Origin: Octopus sinensis
Taxonomy: Eukaryota
Direction of reading: 5' to 3'
DNA: 64,000 bases
NCBI RefSeq assembly: GCF_006345805.1
Contig: NC_043019.1
Coordinates: 17,483,360-17,547,359, forward strand
Under the pieces are notes generated by a model, which was not told the origin of the DNA, searched no databases, and worked only from the letters and a program-made list of their open reading frames with translations. Within the stretch, counting starts at the first letter, position 1. Each line of letters starts with the position of its first letter. Below, piece after piece: positions 11,185 through 23,623 of the stretch. The translations under genes were made by a program, and so were the position numbers.

Positions 11185-11524
11185 AGAAAAAAAAAAATAT
11201 TATGTTCATGTCTAGAACACCGTTGATCTTAATTTCGCTGGATTTGGCTGACCTGGGGCTAAACAATAAGTAGTTACCAACTTTCATGGGTACAATTTGC
11301 CAAAAAAATATTTATATTGAATTGACATTGTTTGCTATACCCTGAGAAGAAAAAAAAATATTATGTTCATGTCTAGAACACCGTTGATCTTAATTTCGCT
11401 GGATTTGGCTGACCTGGGGCTAAACAATAAGTAGTTACCAACTTTCATGGGTACAATTTGCCAAAAAAATATTTATATTGAATTGACATTGTTTGCTATA
11501 CCCTGAGAAGAAAAAAAATATATG
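11185..11524. repeat. Near-perfect tandem duplication, 161-bp period
   Basis: tatgttcatgtctagaacaccg... starts at 11201 and 11362; copies read identical apart from A-run length. Confidence 0.95.
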
Positions 11525-11967
11525 TAGTTTTAAAGCATAGAGACAAATTATTTTCTAAAAAATGTATATTTTCTTCATTTTAAAGAATTATATGAAAGAA
11601 GTTTCTTCCTTTTTGTTTATTATTATTATTATTATTATTATTTTTCTTGTCCATCATCTAATACAGTGGTTCTGGACTTTTTTGTAGCACCTCTTTTTAA
11701 GTAGTTGATATGCCTGGTGCCCACCTAGGTTGTGAGCGAGGTATCATGACTAAACTAACTTATAATGGGTGATAATTTATAAATTTTACTCTAAAAATGG
11801 ATTGTATAAGCTTTTAACAGAGAATTGATAAAAAGATTAATAAAAACAAAAGTTGTAAATTTACTTTAAACATTGCAAGTTAATGAATTTTCTGTGCCTG
11901 ATGGGATCTCATTTTATTTTAATAGCCATTACTAGTTTTAATGTATTTACTACTATAGGTAGTAGTG

Positions 11968-12304
11968 GCATCTTGGGCAAGTGTCTTCTGCTATAGCCCC
12001 GGGCCGACCATTGCCTTGTGAGTGGATTTGGTAAACGGAAACTGAAAGAAGCCTGTCGTATATATGTATATATATGTATGTATGTGTGTGTGTTTGTGTG
12101 TCTGTGTTTGTCCCCCTAGCATTGCTTGACAACCGATGCTGGTGTGTTTACGTCCCCGTCACTTAGCGGTTCAGCAAAAGAGTCCGATAGAATAAGCACT
12201 GGGCTTACAAAGAATAAGTCCCGGGGTCGATTTGCTCGACTAAAGGCGGTGCCCCAGCATGGCCGCAGTCAAAATGACTGATACAAGTAAAAGAGTAAAA
12301 GAGT
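11968..12304 (+). mobile_element. SINE family A, 5'-truncated
   Basis: Starts at ggcatcttgggcaagtg, ends aagtaaaagagtaaaagag. Confidence 0.9.
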
Positions 12305-12927
12305 ATAGGTAAAATTTAGTTTGTTGATTATGTTATGTCACTGCCCCTAAAGCTTGATGACCTGCCCAGCACTCCCCTTGGTGGTAATACTACCCACATT
12401 GAGAACTACTTCTGATCTAACTTAAGTTTGTATATTATACTGAAAAGCCTAACATTTGAAGGGAATTTGAACTAAAAGTGACAGGGAAGTTGAAATTCTT
12501 TAAGTTCTGATCATGAGATATCTTGTGGAAACTAAAAGTATATAATAATATTTTAGGCATAAAGGTTAGCCTGAAAAATTACCTTTGCTATTTCTTTGTA
12601 AGTGAACCACATAAGTACAAAGCTTAAAAAAACTTCCTTGCATATTTACATGAAATTGCTGATACTCCTCATTCTGCATTATAGGGATGTTGTTTTATAT
12701 TTCTGGATTGTGTTGTGGGTGTATAAACTATATTTGTTTACCTGTCTACATGCTTCCCACAACTTTTTTTCTATATATCTCTATAGTAAGAAGCTTGTTT
12801 TGTACTCATTAGGTTTTATGATCAATCTCACTGCATGTTACCTTGCAAAGTATCTCTGACCAAAGCCTTAGGAGTGAAATTTAGTTGGCATAAATTGTGC
12901 TGAAGCCCACTGGATGTATGTCCATAA

Positions 12928-12962
<35 letters not shown>

Positions 12963-13129
12963 ATATATATATGCATGTGTGTGTTTGTACATGCATGCTT
13001 GCCAGAAAAGCCCTGTTGTTTGAAAAATGCTCAGCCTGAGTCAAAGGAACAGGTCCATAAGGCTCCTTTGGGGTGGCAATGGTAGCATTCAATAGCATGG
13101 ATATCTGAAATTTTATATGATTATTTATA

Positions 13130-14180
13130 TTAGGCACCCTAAGAAATACCCACTGACCCTCTTTGACCTGTATAGCAATGGCATATTATTCATCTATCAA
13201 GACACAAATGGTCATATCCTGGACAAACTGAGGAAGGACCAGATCCACATTCATAACTTCTAGGACTTAAGGTTATCATAGAGACCAACCATACCACAGT
13301 AAATTTCTTAGACACAATGTCTAATTTGGGCAATAGATCATACACACCCTACAACAAACCTAATGAAAGGCTGTCATACATCAACGCAACTTCCTGCTAT
13401 CCATCTGTAGTGTTTAAAAACCTCATTAAGAGTGTCAGAAAGCGTATATCAGACATGTTCTTGAAGGACTTTTTTTGATACAGTGGCACCTTATTACAAT
13501 GAGGCTGTAGCAGCCTGTGGATTTAAGGACTGCATCACCTATACTCTGGAGTTAACATCCACAAGAAGAAGTGCCCCTGTAAGGTCCTCTTGTTTGTCCT
13601 GCCCTTCTCACTCTGTGTAGGAAGAGCCTTCATTAGGTTAGTGGATAAGCATTTTACGCAGTCTCATATGTATAGAAGATTATGCTATAGATATAACTTC
13701 AGGGTTTCGCTCAGCTGTGCACCTAGTGTGAAAAAACTATTAGTGAATGCCCCAAATCCACACAGAAGCAAGTCTGCAGTAAGTGCTTAGTGACATATCA
13801 GTGCAACACTGAGATTGATCTGCAGAGCAGAAGTGGTATTGTCCAACAACAACAACAACAACAACATTGGAGGGACATGCACACAGAAATATTTTGGGAC
13901 AATGGAGGTTCTCTTTAAGGCCAGGTTAAATGATCACAGGTCTTCTTTTAAAATCCAAGAGAGGCACAATGTTACAGCCATATATTATGATCAAAAGAGG
14001 AGGGAACATGATAAACAATTGACTGGAAAGTGCTGGAACAAACCTGGGCCATACCTGAACAGAAGTAAGCAGCGCAAGCTTTGTATCTTCTGTATATTCA
14101 CCTCAAGCATTAACACTTTTGATAGCAAACCACCTGAATCTGCCCTGGTTCTATGACACAAACTCGCTGTTTTAAAGTGA
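13130..14180 (+). mobile_element. Penelope-like element, degenerate RT C-terminus plus GIY-YIG endonuclease remnant
   Basis: Readings GLKVIIETNHTTVNFLD, PYNKPNERLSYINATSCYPSVVFKNL and FKARLNDHRSSFK match Penelope RT-thumb and GIY-YIG motifs, with stops and frameshifts. Confidence 0.8.
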
Positions 14181-14192
14181 TTTAAATTTTAA

Positions 14193-14544
14193 CCTCCCAT
14201 CAAAATTTCACGTCAAATTATGTTTCAAACACCAGTTTTAATATTGATAAGGTTATATCAGTGGTTTTCAACCAGGGTTCCGCCAGTACAGCCCAGGGGT
14301 TCCGCAAGAAGTTACAAAACTGGTAAAATTGGCAGTAATTTTTAATTCTCCTATGCAGATATGTATGCATAAAACTATTAAATTACTGCACAGGGGTTCC
14401 TCGAGCCAGTGGAATGTTTCCTTGGGGTTCCGCTCCAGCAAAAAGTTTGAAAAGCACTGGGTTATATGATTAAATTCTTCATTATTTTCAAAATTAATTG
14501 AAACAAAAGCAGTATAGTTTGAAAGAAATCTAATAATGAAAGGG
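14193..14544. mobile_element. piggyBac-type MITE (TTAA flanks), host of a hAT MITE
   Basis: ttaa 14189-14192; ends gaaagggttaa at 14548; left TIR degenerate. Confidence 0.55.
14259..14459. mobile_element. hAT (Charlie-like) MITE, 201 bp
   Basis: TIR cagtggttttcaa / ttgaaaagcactg; perfect 8-bp TSD ggttatat at 14251-14258 and 14460-14467. Confidence 0.93.
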
Positions 14545-15237
14545 TTAAAGAGGCTGTGTGCTTCCAGCTAACTTCTCTGAAGGATTGTCAATATTGATAA
14601 GTGCAATAGGGAACATGAAACCAATGGTAACCTTCTGATAGGCTTTTATGTCATAACTAGGAATACCCTTCTTGACAATATAAAAATGTGTGTGTGTGTG
14701 TGTGGGGGGGTGCATGTGTGTGCACAGATACGGGCAGAGTTTTGGCTGAATCAGTTGGATGCAAACATCAATACCTTGTATATGGCTACATTCCCAGTTG
14801 ATTTTACTATTCCTCTATCTGTGGCCAATACAACGAGTACTAAATAAAGGACTGGGGTTGATATTATAGACTAAAACCCCTTGGAGATTGTACCCCAGTA
14901 TGGCTGCAGTCCAATTAATCTTTCTCAGTGTATAACAAAATGTTAAGTGTTTTCGTTAAGTACCTCTACTTATAAATTTATAAGTTGTTATTGTTTAGCT
15001 ACTAATAGGTGCGGATTGAACTGACGTATGATTGAAAGTGTTTCAGCTACGGCTATCTATATTTTTTTAAAGCAGGGTTTAAGACTACATCAATGATGTA
15101 GTGTCAGGTAACAATTTTAAAAAAATGATAGAATGTAAATTAATAAAGATTTGGCTGCTATTCAAGCAGATCAAGGTAACCAGTAACCATGTAAGAGCTT
15201 TCTTGTTGGATTGAAATTTCCACATTTACATGTATTA

Positions 15238-15385
15238 AGGTGGCAAGCTGGCAGAATCATTAACACGCCGGGCAAAATGCTCTGTGGCATTTTGTCTGTC
15301 TTTACATTCTGAGTTCAAATTCCTATGAGGTTGACTTTGCCTTTCATCCTTTCAGGGTTGATAAAATAAGTACCAGATGAGCTAA
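15238..15385 (+). mobile_element. SINE family B (tRNA head plus Meta/MESC-like domain), 3'-truncated
   Basis: ggcaagctggcagaatcatt...gttctgagttcaaattc...gactttgcctttcatcctttcagggttgataaaataagtacc. Confidence 0.85.
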
Positions 15386-15416
15386 TCTTAAAAAAAAAAA
15401 AAAGAAAAGAAAAGGA

Positions 15417-15576
15417 CATTGGCTGTGTGGTAAGTAGCTTGTTTACCAACCACATGGTTCCGGGTTCAGTCCCACTGCGCGCGTCACCCTGGGCAAGTGT
15501 CTTCTACTATAGCATCGGGCCGACCAAAGCCTTGTGAGTGGATTTGGTAGACGGAAACTGGAAGAAGCCCGTCGTA

Positions 15577-15655
<79 letters not shown>

Positions 15656-15862
15656 TTGTGCGTCTGTGTTTGTCCCCGTAGCATTGCTTGACAACCGATG
15701 CTGGTGTGTTTATGTCCCCGTAACTTAGCGGTTCGGCAAAAGAGACCGATAGAATAAGTACTGGGCTTACAAAGAATAAGTACCGGGGTCGAGTTGCTCG
15801 ATTAAAGGTGGTGCTTCAGCATGGCCGCAGTCAAATGACTGAAACAAGTAAAAGAGTAAAGA
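15417..15862 (+). mobile_element. SINE family A, full length, long internal (TA)n
   Basis: Family A match. Confidence 0.92.
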
Positions 15863-16139
15863 GTTTTGCATACTGTTGTCCCAGATATACAATGCCTGAA
15901 ATAAAATCCAGAGTTGCCATGGTTGGAAAATTCTTGATCATAGATCTGTTTTGTCAGGAGTGCCTTTGGGTTAAAATAATAGCTTCTCTTCTACAGCAGA
16001 ATGTTCTAAAACTTGTCAGTATACTTTTCTGTCATTATATCAGGCATAGCCATGTAGTTAAAAAGTTTTGCTTCCTAACTACTGGTATTTTATTTTACCA
16101 ACCTTAGAGTGATGAAAGGCAAACTTGATGATGACAATG

Positions 16140-16340
16140 ACGATATACCAACATAGCTGAAAAAGATTGGTGCAAGTGTGAAGGTAGAACATCTACAACA
16201 ATCAGCATTGCTTGGAGCTGCAAGAATTCTTTGCAGGGTCCTTGAAGCATGACCAGTAAAACAGGTGTCACCTTAGTCTGCTGGCTGTGGACAGCTGACA
16301 CTTTCCATCATACCCTGCAATATAAGCTGTGAGTTTTAAT
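16140..16340 (+). mobile_element. R4/Dong-like LINE 3' end
   Basis: KIGASVKVEHLQQSALLGAARILCRVLEA* resembles R4-clade C-termini; short UTR then aataataat. Confidence 0.7.
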
Positions 16341-16490
16341 ACAATAATAATAGTTTCTGATTTAGGCACAAGGCTAACAATATTGAGGGGCGAGTGTTAG
16401 TTAATTACATCAAACCCATTACTTGATCGACTGGTTCTTTATTTATTTCATCTTTATTTCATCGACCCTTGTAGGAAAGACCTCAATGGT
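16340..16490 (-). mobile_element. SINE family B, 3' part
   Basis: Reverse complement of ...gtcgatgaaataaag...ccttgtgcctaaatcagaaact(att)n. Confidence 0.7.
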
Positions 16491-16589
16491 GTTTGAACTC
16501 TGGGCATAATGATCCAGAACAAATACCAGGCATTTTTTTTTCAGACATAATGATTCTGCCAGCTTGTCTAATAATAACAAATCACATCA

Positions 16590-16690
16590 GTAATAATAAT
16601 AATAATGATAATAATAATAATAATGATAATAATAATAATAATAATAATAATGATAATAATAATAATAATAATGATAATAATAATAGTAAT
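16590..16690. repeat. (AAT)n microsatellite interrupted by GAT units
   Basis: Directly visible. Confidence 0.95.
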
Positions 16691-17137
16691 ACAATCAAAC
16701 AGTACAATATTTAAAAAAGGAATCAATTATATTGCTAATATGATTCATTTGAATCATAAATTGAAAATTCAAATGAATGAATTTTGTAGAATAAATGGAA
16801 GAATTGGAGGAGAAAATATTTGTTGGTTCCAACACTATGTTTATCTACTTAAGCTATTAATTATCGAAAGATAATGTTAAACCTACTGAAGGAATTTATG
16901 CAATTTCATGCAAGGGCAGGGAGGGTGGAAACAAACAAAAAACAGTAGGATCAATAATAGTAACACAAACCATTATTATAGAAGTGCAAAAATAAATATT
17001 GCTTCTTCAATAATGTGTAAATGATAACACGGATGAGAACAAAACTTCAACCAATAAAAAAAAATAGGTGTAAAAAAATATATTTCAAGAATGATTCACT
17101 TTTAATGGGTCACCTTCAAGGACGTACTTGGCTTCAT

Positions 17138-17345
17138 GGTTAGGGTGGTTGACTCGTGATCTTAAGAGGGTGGTTTTGATTCCTGGACTGGGCAACACGT
17201 CATGTTCTTGAGCAAGGCACTTTGTTTCACTTTGCTTCATTACACTCAGCTGGCAAAGATGAGTAATCCATTGACAGACTGGTGTCCTGTCCAGGGAATA
17301 TTACATGTGCCATGGAAACTGAGAAACTTGCCCAATCAGTCTATA
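17138..17345 (+). mobile_element. CORE-SINE (family E), degenerate
   Basis: tRNA-like head (tggttagggtggttgactcg...ttgattcc) followed by CORE-like gttcttgagcaaggcactt...cactcagctggcaaagatgagta; paralog at 22060. Confidence 0.7.
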
Positions 17346-17702
17346 TATGATTCCTATTGGGTGTTACATTTTCCTGTAATTTCTGACAGACTAATATTCT
17401 TTGCATTACCAAAACACTTACCGTATTTTAAAGTGTCTGAGGAACCCCCTAATTATGGATGCTTAAAATTTAGTAAAAAGGTTTTGTAAGGGATTTTAAT
17501 GCTGTCCATGTATAAGAAACTTCCATATTTTTTAAATCTAATTTTTAAGAAAAAAGAGTTCCTTATACACATTAAAATACAGTATTTTCCTTAGAGTAGA
17601 GAAATTTTTTATGTTCTGAAAGGATACTTCAGTATACTCTACAAATAGCAACTTCTCTCAAGTGCAAGCATGTATAATTGACTTTTTTTTTTTCGTATTT
17701 AG

Positions 17703-18095
17703 GTGTAGTTGTGGCTGTATGGTTGGAAGCTTTCTTTCCAACCACATGATTCAAGGTTCAGTCCCACTGTGTGGCACCTTGGGCAAGTGTCTTTTATTGT
17801 AGCTTCAGGCCAACCAAAGTTTTGAGAGTGGATTTGGTAGATGGAAACTGAAAGAAGCCCAGCGTATATATGTATGTGTGTGTGCCTGTTTGTCCCCCCC
17901 CTCTACCATCACTTGACAACTGATACTCATGTGTTTATGTCCCCATAAACTTAGCGGTTCGGCAAAAGAGACCAATAGAATAAGTACTAGTCTTACAAAG
18001 AATAAGTCCTGGCATCAATTTCTTTGACTAAAACCATTTATGGTGGCGCTCCAACATAGCTGAAGTCAAATGATTGAAACAAGTAAAAGAATAAA
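17703..18095 (+). mobile_element. SINE family A, diverged
   Basis: Family A match. Confidence 0.88.
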
Positions 18096-19506
18096 AAAAT
18101 ATCACAACAGCATTGTTGATTATAGATTTCTAATGAGCTAATCACTGGCTCATTAAATTTCTGTTGATGAGTGTTAACACGGAAGCATCTGTAACAGTGC
18201 TAAATTTCATGGGGGAACTTCATTTGCGAAAAACAGTTGGATGGGGGTGGTCTTTTTGCCAATATTGAGAAATTTTGATCCTAATTGTTAGTGTTGACTC
18301 TCAGACCAGTTCTGGGCAAGCAGATCTATGGTCAAAGCAATGCTCATACTGTTACATTGTATACCTAGAATTACGTTGTCTAACATATCCTGCCATGTTT
18401 AAAACAGGGTAGGATTTGAAAAAGTTGCTTGATTAAGCATGCTAGCATGGAAAGCGGACGTTAAACGAACGAACGATTAAGCATATCATGTAGAGACTGC
18501 TTTATTGGTTTGGCTATTATGTTGTCATAATGAAGTTTGATGGCCATATCTTCCTTTAGTTTGTGGTTGTCTGTGGATGGTAGACTTAATCCATTGTTTG
18601 TTTCAACACTAGCACCAGAGACTTAGACGTCTTTAGCCGAGTCCACTGTGTTACAAGCATTCAGGCTAGGACTTTGTTTAAGGATCCCTTTCTCCCTCCC
18701 ACAGTTTTGGAGTCCCTGAAAGGGATCATGAATACTGCCCTTCTTCTTGATTAAACAATTAAACAAGAAGAAAACCCACAAAAAACAGAAACTGTGACTA
18801 AAACATAATATATTATCTAATGAAGGTTTCTCAAAGATTTAATTTTGTGGGACATATTTTGGTGACAAAAACAAACTAAATGAAGCTGTAGGTTTTTCCT
18901 GCTTGGGATCTTGCACACTTGGCTGTGCCAACTCTCTCTTTCATAGACACATAAAGTTAATCTCATCTCTAATGTGACTACATTTGTAATAACATGGCAG
19001 ACAAACTTAACCTATGCAGGGGGGGCCCCCCCCAGATATTTAATGTGATCATGATGATGATGATGATGATGGAGGGGTTCTTTAGAAATTACATAATGAA
19101 GTTGATAACATTATATTGCAATTAACAGCTAATTAAGCAACAAACACTTATTCTTAACACTCATTAATAAGAAGTATTGGCATGCTAAAATTAGCTGTCA
19201 TTAACACATCATGTCACCTTTAGAAAATCATGTTTGCCTTTAACGATACAACTTGAATCTGAACACTTTTTTTTCCTTTCAGTAGAGAATGTTGCCTGAG
19301 TTCTCTAACTACTGTGTCAATCAATATAAGTATTATTTGCTATTCTTCTGGATTGGTAAAGAACATTTCTTGTACTTAACAGGTCTTTTATTGCTTTATC
19401 GAAATAATCAGTATACAATCTAAGTTCCTACCATTTAACGAGACTAAACATTACCTTTGTGCTCATTACTACAAAACCATTAATCAAAGGAAGCTCTTGT
19501 GGTCAT

Positions 19507-19539
<33 letters not shown>

Positions 19540-19711
19540 GTTAATAGCAGTGTCTATTACTCTGTCTTTATATTTAAGATCTTGATCAGATGGTGGTGGA
19601 GAGAGATTTAGCAATGGAATTTAAAAGTTTACAGTTGCTTAATTTATTGAAAAAGTATTAAAAAGGGAGTTGGGATGGGGTGGGAAGAAGTCACATGAAA
19701 CAAAATTTTCA

Positions 19712-20070
19712 GGCATGGCTGTGTGGTATGTAGTTTGCTTACCAACCACATGGTTCTGGGTTCAGTCCCACTGTGTGTCACCTTGGGCAAGTGTCTTCTA
19801 CTATAGCTTCAGGCTGACCAAAGCCTTGTGAGTGGGTTTGGTAGATGGAAACTGAAAGAAGCCCGTCATATGTGTGTGTGTTTGTCCCCCCCACCATTGC
19901 TTGACGACTGATGTTGGTGTGTTTATGTCCCCGTAACTTAGCAGTTCAGCAAAAGAGACCGATAGGATAAGTACTAGGCCTGCAAAGAATAAGTCCTGGG
20001 GTTGGTTTGTTTGACTAAAGGCAGTGCTCCAGCATGGCCGCAGTCAAATGACTGAACCAAATAAAGAATA
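19712..20070 (+). mobile_element. SINE family A, diverged
   Basis: Family A match. Confidence 0.88.
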
Positions 20071-20987
20071 ATTAGTTTTAAATTACTCTTTATCTGAAAC
20101 ATTCCACATATATTTTCACTCGTTCATTGTTTATTTATTCTTGTTTCCTTTTCTGTCATTGGTTTGACCTTTAAGAAGTGGGGAACATACCTCATGGCCT
20201 TTGTAGCTTCTCCAAGAGATCGATGCAGTTTCTTGGTTAAGTTGCAAATCTACTTCAATTGTTGCAAGTTTAAAACATCAATTTGATGATAATAATAATA
20301 ATAATAATAATAATGTGTGTGTGTGTTCTTTCCCAATGTTTAACATTGATGTTAAGGGGTTGACACCTCAGTTGACAATGATTTGAGTGTTGAACAAACA
20401 AGGTTAACTTTTACAACCTGGTGGAAATAGCAGTCCCTCATGTCAACCCTACTGTCTTTAAAAAAATCACATTTAATAACAAAGCCTTAGATACAGTGGC
20501 TTTGAAGAAAAAAAAATGAAATGGTCATGGCTGGAATGCTCTTGTTCATAGGTTTGTGCTATTAGGGTTGATCTGGGCCTAAACAACAAGATTTGACATT
20601 TAAAAAAATTCTTTATTTAACAGTTTCAATTTATTTATTATCAGAGTATATCAACTTTTTCTACAATTGACAAGAATTTGTGGTAAATTTTATGAACATC
20701 TGACTTTAAAATTATAGTTATAAATTACAGAGATGCACTTGCATAGCAAGTATCTTGATCTGAGATTGTATGTTGAAAGTAAAGCAATTGCAGCATGGAA
20801 GACACAAGATAACCATTCCGAAACACACAAAGTCTGTTAACTTCTCTTCAACATTTATTTGCAATATGGTGGCAAAATTTGTGGTGCTTGAAACTGCATC
20901 CTGTTCATTGACAAAAAATTGTGTTGCACTGAAAATCTTTGATACCGTGATACCACTTAGGATATTTCTTTCACTGTTGTTTTTTTT

Positions 20988-21362
20988 GGCATGGCTGTGT
21001 CGTAAGAAGTTTGTTTTTCAAACACATGGTTCCAGATTCAGTCCTGCTGTGTGGCACCTTGGGCAAGTGCCTTCTACTATAGCCTTGGGCCAACCAGAGC
21101 CTTGTGAATAAATTTGGTAGAGAAAAACTGAAGAAAGCCTGTTATTTATATATATATAAACGTTTGCATTCCACCACTCCTTGACAATCAGTGTTGGTGT
21201 GTTTATGTTCCTGTAACTTAGCGGTTTGGCAAAAGAGATCGATAAGATAAATACGGGGCCTAAGCAAAGCAGAATATGTACTGGGGTCAATTCACTGAAT
21301 TACAATTCTTCAAAGTGATGCCCTAGCATGGCTGCAGTCTAATGACTGAAACAAGTAAAAGA
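20988..21362 (+). mobile_element. SINE family A, old copy
   Basis: Family A match with many substitutions. Confidence 0.82.
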
Positions 21363-21559
21363 AGGAAAAAAATAGATTAGTGATTCTGGTGGAGTGCTTT
21401 CAGGTGGTCAGTTACCAATGGTTTTTGGTATCTAGCTGTGGTTTGTATATTACTTCTCCTTTCTCTTCTTCATTCTCTCCTCTTTCAAGAAGAATACAAT
21501 GCGAGTTGGGCAATGGTTTCAAGAAGTAGCTTTCTGGATGGGACAAGTTTGAGTAGTAG

Positions 21560-21702
21560 TAGGAGTAATAGTAGGAGCAGTGGTTATTATTGTTGTAATT
21601 GTAATAATCCTAATAGTAGCTGTGGTGGTAGCAGAAGCTGCAGGGTGAGTGGTAGTAGTAGTAGTAGAAGTGGTGGTTGTAGTTGTAGTAGTAGTAGTAG
21701 TA
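21560..21702. repeat. Cryptically simple (AGT/GGT/AGC) trinucleotide tract
   Basis: Directly visible; source of the poly-S and poly-T ORFs. Confidence 0.85.
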
Positions 21703-22059
21703 AACTGACAAGTCTTCTGTCTCTTCAGTATGTCTGTTAGCACAACATTCTACTCCCCCGAGAGGAATCAGTTAGGAATCGGTGATTGTAATCTCCATGG
21801 AAAATGAAGCAAGCTTAGGTTTTCTAAGAAGCAAGAAAATAATACTTTGCAGACAATTAACTTTTAACTTCTGTGGTTGGTTCCTTCTTCCTTTTCCAAA
21901 TACCAAATTGACAGCTACAACAAGAAGTGAAACACAACGGTTACAAGACATTCAAAGATCAAAAAAATAAAATCAACTTCCATATTTGGCAACTTTTAAC
22001 TTTCAGTAATTATAATGATATTGACAAAAATAGAGATGGCTAAGACAGTGTTGTAGTGG

Positions 22060-22290
22060 CACATGGCTTAGTGGTTAGGGTGTTGGACTCATGAATGTAA
22101 GATTGTGGTTTCGATTCCTGGACCGGGTGACGCATTGTGTTCTTGAGAAAAACACTTCATTTTCACGTTACTCCATTTCCACTCAACTGGTAAAAATGAG
22201 TAATCTTGTGAAGGATTGGTGTCCTGTCCAGGGAGGAATATATATGCCAGAGAAACCAGGAAACTGGCCATATGCTCCTTACAGGGTAAT
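22060..22290 (+). mobile_element. CORE-SINE (family E)
   Basis: ggcttagtggttagggtgttggactc...ttcgattcctggaccggg...gtgttcttgagaaaaacactt...cactcaactggtaaaaatgagta. Confidence 0.75.
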
Positions 22291-22471
22291 GTGGACTGAC
22301 CACTGTTCTTAACATTAGTAAAACATTAGAGATACTAACAATAAAGAATGAAGAGAGGAGGAAGGAGAGAAAGAAAAAAGAAAATAGGGGTTGGGAAAAT
22401 GAGGAGGGATGTGAGGAATTAGGTGGAAGTAGGGGAAGCGAAATAAAAATAAAATAAAAAATATATAAATG

Positions 22472-22762
22472 GTACCTTGGGCAAGTGTCTTTTACTATTA
22501 CCTTGGGCTAACCAAAGCCTTTTGAGTGGATTTGATAGACAGAAACTGAAAGAAGCCCATCATGTGTATATATATATGTGTGTGTGTGTGTGTGTGAATG
22601 TATTTGTGTCTCCACCATCGCTTGACAACTGATGTTGGTGTGTTTACGTCTCCCATAACCTAATGGTTCGGCAAAAGACACCAGTTGAACAAGTGCTAGA
22701 CTTACAAAGGTGGTGCTCCAGCATGGCTGCAGTCAAATGACGGAGACAAGTAAAAGAGTAAA
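22472..22762 (+). mobile_element. SINE family A, 5'-truncated
   Basis: Family A match from accttgggcaagtg. Confidence 0.85.
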
Positions 22763-23211
22763 ATATAAATAAATATGAAAAAAATTAAAAATTAAAAGGA
22801 ATAAAAAATACATAAATAAAAAATGAAATAAAATAACATAAAAAATAAAATTAAAAATTAAAAAAATAATAGCTAATAAAAAGAATAAAACAATATATTA
22901 ACCAAATATAGTTGAAAAAAAATGTGGTTGGGTTAGAGGTAAGTAAATGAAATAATGTTTTTTATTTTTTCCTCTTTGTGTAGATGTATATATATATATA
23001 TATACAAAAGCGTGTATATATACACCCTCCCCCATAGATAAATATATAAATAAAATGAAAAATAATTGTGTAAAAGAGGAGATAAATTGAGGGAAGAGGA
23101 AAGGAGACTAAAAAATTTAAAAGAAAAAATGTAAAAATAAAAAGGGAGAGGTTTAAGGAGAGGTACTTGTGTGAGAAACATGGGTGTAACTCCATTCAGA
23201 CTTTTGGTTAA

Positions 23212-23623
23212 CCCTTTCGTTATCAAACCGCCCGAAAAAATTTTTAGTTAATGTGACCAAACTGCCCAAAGCCGCCCGAATTTACCTATTCATATTTAAA
23301 TGAGAATATCAGAGCAAATCTCTTTAGTACATTCATGAAAACATGTATTATACTTCGTAAAGAGTTCAACTACAGTTTTGTACAAAAATCGAAGTGTAAT
23401 TTTAATTCCGTGAATTTTGGGAGATTTTTTTCCGAAATTTGTTCCTATTGTGTTTTCAAAATTTGTAATTCTGACAAAAAATGGATACGAATTTCATTAT
23501 ATCAAGCAGTGAGTCAGAATTCGAAGGATTTTCTACTGAAGACCTTCATAAATCTAACTCTATGACTGATAAAAAAATGCATGTGGTATTTGATAATGAA
23601 TCTGAAATATAGTAACGAAAGGG
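23212..23623. mobile_element. piggyBac-type MITE, 412 bp
   Basis: TTAA at 23208-23211 and 23624-23627; TIR ccctttcgtta / taacgaaaggg. Confidence 0.88.

Noticed and set aside
11185-11524. CRISPR-like or regularly spaced repeat array
   Set aside because: No repeat-spacer structure here or elsewhere; the tandem repeats are simple duplications or SINE modules in eukaryotic DNA.
14968-14985. 18-bp perfect palindrome acttataaatttataagt
   Set aside because: AT-rich and isolated; plausible by chance in this base composition.
21404-21440. Similarity to miR-9 (tttggt-atctagctgt)
   Set aside because: Gapped partial match in a hairpin far shorter than a pre-miRNA.
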